A stretch of 64,000 bases of DNA. Source: Calditrichota bacterium (GTDB taxonomy: Bacteria; CLD3). Below are positions 58,462 to 64,000 of the stretch, in pieces. The stretch lies in assembly GCA_008501735.1 (NCBI GenBank), contig QQUF01000045.1, positions 165,957 through 229,956 of the forward strand. Reading direction: 5' to 3'. The notes under the pieces are model-generated. The model did not search any database. It was not told where the DNA came from and saw nothing but the letters and a program-made list of their open reading frames with translations. The translations under genes and the position numbers were made by a program. The first letter of the stretch is position 1. Every line of letters begins with the position of its first letter.

Positions 58462-60045
58462 ATGTTAAAAAAATTACTTCTCTCAGAAAAAGGAATTGCC
58501 CTTCTCACAGCTTTAATTTTCAACTTAGTCACTCTTTTACTTGGAGTTGCTTGGTTAAAATTTTCAGTTAATTCTGCTCTCTCAACAACTCAAATCAGAA
58601 TTGAAAGAACACAAAATGACTACCTACTCAAAGGTTTCAATTCATTAATTGACATTCAAGCGACTTCTATGAATTTTTTCAAAACAAAGTATTTAGCAGA
58701 TTTTGAAGTTCCCTACAAACCAAGTCAGTTTCTTCCTAAATTTGAAAGTATTAAAAATTTAAACAGAGTAGTTCTTGAAGTTAGTCAAAACGGAAATTTT
58801 GAGAATTATATTGTTCGCTCTAAAATTGGGAAAAAGGGAGAGAAAGTTACATCTTTAAAAGCAGATAATTTTTTAGGCTGTGAAAACCTTGCAAGTTTTT
58901 TGCACTTGACTGATTGTGAAAGACGAAGACAAGAATTTGTTCCTCCCGATAGCACAGATTTAATTTTTGAAAACTGTGCAGATTCACAACAATTCTCATT
59001 ACTAAAAGGTCCTAATAGATTTGATGGAAATTTTCACACAAATGATTTTGTATTTTTTGGAGCTCCACCAAATGTTACAATGCTTGGTTGTGCTACTGCT
59101 TCAGGAAGTTATACAGTTCCTCCTCCAATTTATCAAGGTTCGTTAATGTTTCCACCTCCTCCTCTTGCAGGAGTAAATTTTATCAATAGTTGTAATTCAG
59201 CAGGAGTAATTACTCGAAGGAAAAGAATTGAATTTGGAGAATTTCCTGAAAGCTTAATAAGAAATGCACTTCAAGGTGGTTTTTATAGTAGTAAAACTTT
59301 TGAAAATCAAGTTCAAAGAATAGTTTTTAACAATAAAGGCTTTAAAACTTATTCAGCTAACAAGCTACTTTTAGATACTTTTGGTCCAAATGCTTGGTTA
59401 GACGAGAAGCAATTCCAACTTCCACAAAACGGTGCAATATTTATTGAAACTGATGTTTATGTTAGTGGTTTTTTAAACGGAGATGTAACTGTCGGTTCGT
59501 GTGGCAACATCTTCATTGATAATGATTTAAAGTACTCAAATATTGAGTCACTAGCTTCTCCAAGTGACGTTTTCCTTGGAAGCAGATTAGGATTAATTTC
59601 AACTAAAAATGTTTTATTGGAAACAAGGCACATTGCCACGAATAAAGGTTATTCTTGGAGTAATTTTGATTCTACTTATGCTCACAACAATCACCAAGAA
59701 GGAGTCATTATCAATGCAGGCATTTTAGCACTTGGAGAATCATTTTCAGTTTTTTCAGTAGATTTTCCAAACTTTGAAAGATTTCCAGGAGATGAATTTG
59801 GAGGTACACAAAACCCCAAATTTCCACTTATAGGAAATCATGGAACTGTATCCTTTTTCGGCTCAATTGCTCAAAAAAGAAGAGGAATAATAAATAATGG
59901 AACTCGAGGTGGTTATGGAGGAACTTTATTAGGAACAGGAGCAACAGTTCCACAAATGGTTAGAATTTATGACGAAAGATTCTACTGCACTCCTCCGAGA
60001 TACTTCCCGAAATTAGAACGAAATCTAAGCTTAGTTATTAAGTGA
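58462..60045 (+). CDS. Membrane-anchored PilX-N-like protein with probable beta-helical C-terminal region
   Basis: N-terminus SEKGIALLTALIFNLVTLLLGVAWL resembles the PilX N-terminal hydrophobic segment. The rest is G/N-rich (GDVTVGSCGNIFIDNDL, GTRGGYGGTLLGTG). 527 aa. Confidence 0.5.
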   Translation: MLKKLLLSEKGIALLTALIFNLVTLLLGVAWLKFSVNSALSTTQIRIERTQNDYLLKGFNSLIDIQATSMNFFKTKYLADFEVPYKPSQFLPKFESIKNLNRVVLEVSQNGNFENYIVRSKIGKKGEKVTSLKADNFLGCENLASFLHLTDCERRRQEFVPPDSTDLIFENCADSQQFSLLKGPNRFDGNFHTNDFVFFGAPPNVTMLGCATASGSYTVPPPIYQGSLMFPPPPLAGVNFINSCNSAGVITRRKRIEFGEFPESLIRNALQGGFYSSKTFENQVQRIVFNNKGFKTYSANKLLLDTFGPNAWLDEKQFQLPQNGAIFIETDVYVSGFLNGDVTVGSCGNIFIDNDLKYSNIESLASPSDVFLGSRLGLISTKNVLLETRHIATNKGYSWSNFDSTYAHNNHQEGVIINAGILALGESFSVFSVDFPNFERFPGDEFGGTQNPKFPLIGNHGTVSFFGSIAQKRRGIINNGTRGGYGGTLLGTGATVPQMVRIYDERFYCTPPRYFPKLERNLSLVIK

Positions 60046-60112
60046 AAAAAGCTTAAGTAATCACTTCAAAATCATTTATATTTTTCCGAATTCAAAATAA
60101 AGGAAAAGTAAA

Positions 60113-60463
60113 ATGACAAAATTAGTAATTCGTTTAGTGATTAACGCTGTTGCACTTTGGGCTGCTGCTTCATTCATTGGTGGAATTCATCTTTCAGAAG
60201 ACATTGTAAGTGTAGCGATTGTTGCTGCAATATTTGGACTAATAAACGCTGTTATCAAACCAATTGTAAAACTATTTTCATTCCCATTCATAATTCTTAC
60301 ACTTGGGATTTTTACAATCATTATTAATGCTTTAATGCTACTATTAACTGATTACTTCACACAAAGCCTTTACATAGAAAGTTTTATGTCAGCACTATTC
60401 GGAAGCATTGTAATTTCAATTGTCAGTATTGTGCTTAGTGCCTTCTTAGATGATGAAGCTTAA
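60113..60463 (+). CDS. Phage-holin-family 4 / YvlD-like (DUF360) membrane protein
   Basis: RLVINAVALWAAA...GLINAVIKPI...LGIFTIIINALMLLL follows the recalled PF04020 pattern. 116 aa with 3-4 TM segments. Confidence 0.7.
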   Translation: MTKLVIRLVINAVALWAAASFIGGIHLSEDIVSVAIVAAIFGLINAVIKPIVKLFSFPFIILTLGIFTIIINALMLLLTDYFTQSLYIESFMSALFGSIVISIVSIVLSAFLDDEA

Positions 60464-60474
60464 AATCTTTATTG

Positions 60475-60509
60475 CTGTTTTTTAATTTACTTATTAAATT
60501 AAAAAACAG
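60475..60509 (+). terminator. Hairpin terminator (14-bp stem CTGTTTTTTAATTT/AAATTAAAAAACAG)
   Basis: Perfect 14-bp AT-rich stem with a 7-nt loop, 12 nt after the stop codon. Confidence 0.5.
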
Positions 60510-60545
60510 TAGGATAGTTAAATAAAATAATTTGAAGATATAAAA

Positions 60546-60638
60546 ATGAAAGATGTAGAACGCATTCTCTTCGTTGGGTTTATATTAGTTGCAGCTCTAA
60601 TCGTTTTGATTTTTATCTATGATATGTTTTTTAAGTAA
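60546..60638 (+). CDS. Possible 30-aa single-TM micropeptide
   Basis: ATG...TAA reading MKDVERILFVGFILVAALIVLIFIYDMFFK. Below the ORF-track length cut-off, and there is no convincing RBS. Confidence 0.2.
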   Translation: MKDVERILFVGFILVAALIVLIFIYDMFFK

Positions 60639-60841
60639 ATCTCTATCTAAAAGATAATTACTCTTTTAAGTTCTAAAATTTTTAAGCCCTAAAATTATAA
60701 TTCATATTTTTACGTAATTTTCTTTAGAGTTCCTTTTTTGTCATAAAACCTTAAAATTTTCTTTTCCAATTACATATTTTTTCATTTGGTTTTATATTCC
60801 GAGTCTAATTTTAGAAAAAAATTAAATTCAAGAAAAATCAA

Positions 60842-61870
60842 ATGAACGACCAATTATTTATAAAATCGGCTTTTTCACAAAAAGTCGAAAGACCACCTGT
60901 TTGGATGATGCGTCAAGCAGGAAGATTTATGAAAGAATACAGAGCAATCCGCGAAAATTACTCATTTTTGGAAATGATGAAAAACCCCGAAATCGCAACT
61001 GACGTAACAATGCTTCCAGTCGATTTACTCGGAATTGACGCAGCAATTATGTTTTGCGACATTTTAGTAACTGCCGAAGCACTTGGCGGACAACTTTCAT
61101 TTGTAAAAGGAAAAGGTCCTGTTTTCGCAAATCCTGTCAGAAGCAAAAGTGATGTCGAAAAAATGGTCATTCCCGAAACTTACGAAGAATTCGGTTACGT
61201 TTTCGAAATGATAAAAAATGTCAAAGAAAGACTCAATGGCAAAACTCCACTAATCGGATTTGCAGGTTCACCTTTTACAGTAATGTCTTACCTCGTCGAA
61301 GGTCAATCTTCAAAAGACTTGAAACTCACAAAATTAATGATTAACACCGAACCTGAAACTGCCAAACTTTTACTTTCAAAACTTGCGACTGTTACAGCAA
61401 ATTACTTAAACGCACAAATTGAAGCTGGAGTTGACGCTCTTCAAATTTTTGATTCTTGGGCAAACACTCTCTCGTGGGAAGACTACCAAGAATTTTCACA
61501 TTTTTACATTGCAGAAATAATTTCCAAGCTCAATCGCAAAGACATTCCGATAATTTCATTTTGTAAAGGAAGTTCGGTTTTTCACCCAATTATGGCAGAA
61601 GCAAAACCAGATGTAATTTCAGTTGATTGGAACGCAGACTTGCTTAGAGTAAAACAATCTTTACCAAACGAAATCGCTGTTCAAGGAAATCTTGACCCAT
61701 TCGTTCTTTACGGCTCAAGAGAAATTATTCGCAAAAAAGTAATGCGAATCTTAGAAAAGATGCGAAATGAAAATGGTTTCATTTTTAATCTTGGGCACGG
61801 AATTATGCCTGACATTCCTTTCGACAACGTAAAATATGCAATTGAGTTAATTCAAGAATTCAGAAACTAA
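60842..61870 (+). CDS. hemE: Uroporphyrinogen decarboxylase
   Basis: PPVWMMRQAGR, and the C-terminal FNLGHGI motif. Confidence 0.95.
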   Translation: MNDQLFIKSAFSQKVERPPVWMMRQAGRFMKEYRAIRENYSFLEMMKNPEIATDVTMLPVDLLGIDAAIMFCDILVTAEALGGQLSFVKGKGPVFANPVRSKSDVEKMVIPETYEEFGYVFEMIKNVKERLNGKTPLIGFAGSPFTVMSYLVEGQSSKDLKLTKLMINTEPETAKLLLSKLATVTANYLNAQIEAGVDALQIFDSWANTLSWEDYQEFSHFYIAEIISKLNRKDIPIISFCKGSSVFHPIMAEAKPDVISVDWNADLLRVKQSLPNEIAVQGNLDPFVLYGSREIIRKKVMRILEKMRNENGFIFNLGHGIMPDIPFDNVKYAIELIQEFRN

Positions 61871-61884
61871 AATCGAAGTCAACA

Positions 61885-63459
61885 ATGCAGAATAAAAAAG
61901 TAATAATCGGTTCAAGAGGTAGTGATTTAGCACTTTGGCAAGCACATTTTGTTCAAGATTCACTTGCAAAAAATGGTGTCGAAACCAAAATCAAAATCAT
62001 CAAAACTCAAGGTGATAAAATCCAAAACCTGAGTTTTGACAAGCTCGAAGGAAAAGGCTTCTTTACAAAAGAAATTGAAGATGCTTTGCTAAATTCTGAA
62101 ATTGATTTGGCGGTTCATTCTCACAAAGATTTGCCTACTGAATCTCCCGAAGGCTTAAAAATTGTCGCAGTTTCAGAACGCGAAGACCCTTCGGAGTTAC
62201 TTTTAATTCGTAAAGAGGCTGTTGACCCAAAACAGCACTTTTCAATAAAAAAAGACGCAATTGTCGGGACTTCTTCTGCTCGAAGGAAATCACAACTTTT
62301 GTCTTTCAGAAACGATTTTGAAATTATTGATTTAAGAGGAAACGTTCCGACTCGAATCCAAAAACTTAGAGACAAAAAATACGATGCAATTGTTTTGGCA
62401 AACGCTGGAGTTAGCCGTCTTGGTTTGGATTTGAGCGAATTTCACCAAGAATTACTTGCTCCGATTGATTTCATTCCCGCTCCTGCACAAGGTGTTTTAG
62501 CTTACCAAATTCGTGAAAACGACTCTGAAATTGCCGAAATTTTAAGCAAAATTCACTCTCCTGAAACTCAAGAAACTACCGAAGTTGAAAGAAAAATTCT
62601 GAACCTCTTTGAAGGCGGTTGCCAAATGCCTGTTGGAGTTTTTTGTCAAAAAGAAGGAGACACTTTTCAAGTTTGGACAGCAAAATCAAAAACGGGTGAA
62701 GATTTTCCAATTAGGATTTTTAAAGAGTCAAAAACAGCAAAAGGCTTGGCTGAAAAAATTGTCCAAAAGTTCAGAAACATTCAACCAAAAGAAGTTTTCA
62801 TTTCGCGTGATTTAATCGGTGATTGCTACTTTGAAAATGCACTAATTGAAAATGACTTTACACTCAAAGGCAAATCCTTAATCAAAATTTCAAGAGTAGA
62901 ATTTGAAGATTTACCGAAAACCGATTGGATATTTTTTACAAGCAAAAACGGAGTGAAACACTTTTTCGCTCAAAACCCAAAAATCAATCCCAAAACTAAA
63001 TTTGCTGCAATTAGCAAAGGAACGGCAAAAGCTCTGAAACAACTTGAAGTTCAGCCTGACTTTGTAGGTTCAAAATTGATGACTAAAGAAATCGGTAAAG
63101 AATTTGCAAAAGTCTCAAAAGGGCAAAAAGTCCTTTTTCCTTTAGCTCAAAAATCAATGCGAACAATTCAAACCGAACTTATCGGAATTGCAGATTTCTT
63201 TGAATTAGTTGTTTATGAAAACAAGCCTTTGGAAGCCTTTGAGCAAATAGATTCTGAAATTTTAGTGTTCACAAGCCCTTCAAATGCCGAATCCTTTTTA
63301 AAAAGTCAAAAGATTTCATCTTCGCAAAAAGTTGTAGCAATCGGAACAACTACAGCAAAATATCTAAACGAAGCAGGAATTTCAGACGTTACAATTTCTT
63401 ACTCTACAAACGAGGTTCACTTAGCCGAAGCAGTTTTTTCAGTGAGTTCAGATTTATAA
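61885..63459 (+). CDS. hemC: Bifunctional hydroxymethylbilane synthase / uroporphyrinogen-III synthase (HemC-HemD fusion)
   Basis: HemC N-terminus IGSRGSDLALWQA, and the cofactor cysteine in GGCQMPVG. About 220 extra C-terminal residues have HemD-like segments (VFISRDL..., ILVFTSPSNAESFL). Confidence 0.8.
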   Translation: MQNKKVIIGSRGSDLALWQAHFVQDSLAKNGVETKIKIIKTQGDKIQNLSFDKLEGKGFFTKEIEDALLNSEIDLAVHSHKDLPTESPEGLKIVAVSEREDPSELLLIRKEAVDPKQHFSIKKDAIVGTSSARRKSQLLSFRNDFEIIDLRGNVPTRIQKLRDKKYDAIVLANAGVSRLGLDLSEFHQELLAPIDFIPAPAQGVLAYQIRENDSEIAEILSKIHSPETQETTEVERKILNLFEGGCQMPVGVFCQKEGDTFQVWTAKSKTGEDFPIRIFKESKTAKGLAEKIVQKFRNIQPKEVFISRDLIGDCYFENALIENDFTLKGKSLIKISRVEFEDLPKTDWIFFTSKNGVKHFFAQNPKINPKTKFAAISKGTAKALKQLEVQPDFVGSKLMTKEIGKEFAKVSKGQKVLFPLAQKSMRTIQTELIGIADFFELVVYENKPLEAFEQIDSEILVFTSPSNAESFLKSQKISSSQKVVAIGTTTAKYLNEAGISDVTISYSTNEVHLAEAVFSVSSDL

Positions 63460-63589
63460 ATCTTATTAGTTTTTACTTCTCAGTTTAAATAATTTCCTTG
63501 TTTGAAATTTTTCATTAATTTAGATTAATTTTATTTTTTTTGACTTTTCATTCTCAAAAGAAAAATTACCAAATTAGGAAGGAGAAGAA

Positions 63590-64000
63590 ATGAAAGTCTT
63601 AACTAAAGCCATATTTATTTTAGTTTTTGTGAATTCGGTTTATGGAGAAATGCCACAAACAATCCAAGAGTTAGAAGAAGCCAAAACGAAGTCAGAATAC
63701 TTTGTGAAAGAATACCAAAGTGGTAACATAACTTACTGTTTGTTAGGTTTAAAATCCAAATCAGAAAGAGATGAATCAACACTTTACAGAACACCAATTG
63801 GTGATAGTTTTGAATTGAATTGGACAGTTTTACCTTTCAATGAACCTGTTGACGATGTTCTTGTAGAAGGGAATAATTTACTAATCAAAAGTAAAAACAA
63901 AGTCTTTCAGAGTGGAAACGGAGGAATGGGTTTTCGAGAATCAAGTTTAGCATTTTCAGAGTCTTCACTTTCTGTTTTAGAGAATCAACCACTTAATCTT
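63590..64000 (+). CDS. Hypothetical secreted protein (3' end cut by window edge)
   Basis: RBS AGGAAGGAG, ATG at 63590, signal peptide MKVLTKAIFILVFVNSVYG. The frame is open to the window end, and the gene is absent from the ORF track because no stop codon is reached. Confidence 0.55.
   Translation, partial: MKVLTKAIFILVFVNSVYGEMPQTIQELEEAKTKSEYFVKEYQSGNITYCLLGLKSKSERDESTLYRTPIGDSFELNWTVLPFNEPVDDVLVEGNNLLIKSKNKVFQSGNGGMGFRESSLAFSESSLSVLENQPLNL

Noticed and set aside
58462-60045. A type IV pilus or type II secretion gene cluster
   Set aside because: Only the single PilX-N-like gene is present. No ATPase, platform, secretin or prepilin peptidase genes occur in the window.
60113-60463. Holin-family gene as evidence for a prophage
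   Set aside because: PF04020/YvlD-like proteins are common chromosomal membrane proteins. No endolysin, capsid, tail, terminase or integrase genes are nearby.
63615-63797. 60-aa minus-strand ORF
   Set aside because: It is antisense to a better-supported + strand gene (RBS AGGAAGGAG, signal peptide) that runs open to the window end.

Overview
This is a low-GC bacterial chromosomal segment, roughly 23-38% GC on hand-counted 60-nt lines. It carries about 50 protein-coding genes. I found no rRNA, tRNA, CRISPR array, integrase or transposase. All functional calls rest on motifs read directly from the translated ORFs and recalled family signatures; no database search was run.

Eight proteins end in a Por/T9SS type-A C-terminal sorting domain (NYPNPFNP...GxYFYxL...K): two NHL propellers, two S8 subtilases, a 1120-aa beta-helix protein, an esterase and two tandem paralogs. 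Many genes also have clear Shine-Dalgarno sites. Together these suggest (inference) an FCB-group organism outside classical Bacteroidetes, for example Ignavibacteria- or Marinimicrobia-like.

The functional theme is extracellular proteolysis (2x S8, M16), peptide uptake (OppA/B/C-like) and amino-acid/short-chain acyl-CoA catabolism (Leu dehydrogenase, acyl-CoA dehydrogenase, 3-hydroxybutyryl-CoA dehydrogenase). Housekeeping genes are tsaD, pgi, accD, lgt, nusB, ogt, hemE and a hemC-hemD fusion. A tight nucleoside-salvage operon (cdd-udk-tdk-small ORF-nupC) is preceded by an unassigned beta-barrel protein.

No complete known defence or mobile system is recognisable. The candidates most worth follow-up are:
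- A translationally coupled 7-TM AraC regulator + DUF2971 pair in an AT-rich segment bounded by a repeat block.
- A sigma-54-like promoter, leader and terminator immediately upstream of an orphan PilX-like beta-helix gene that is divergent from a large beta-barrel gene.
- A single-polypeptide type IIG restriction-modification gene inserted inside the peptide ABC-transporter operon, with a nested palindromic element at its 5' side.
- A tandem paralog pair with near-identical ends and a divergent core.
- Several structured or repeated intergenic elements.
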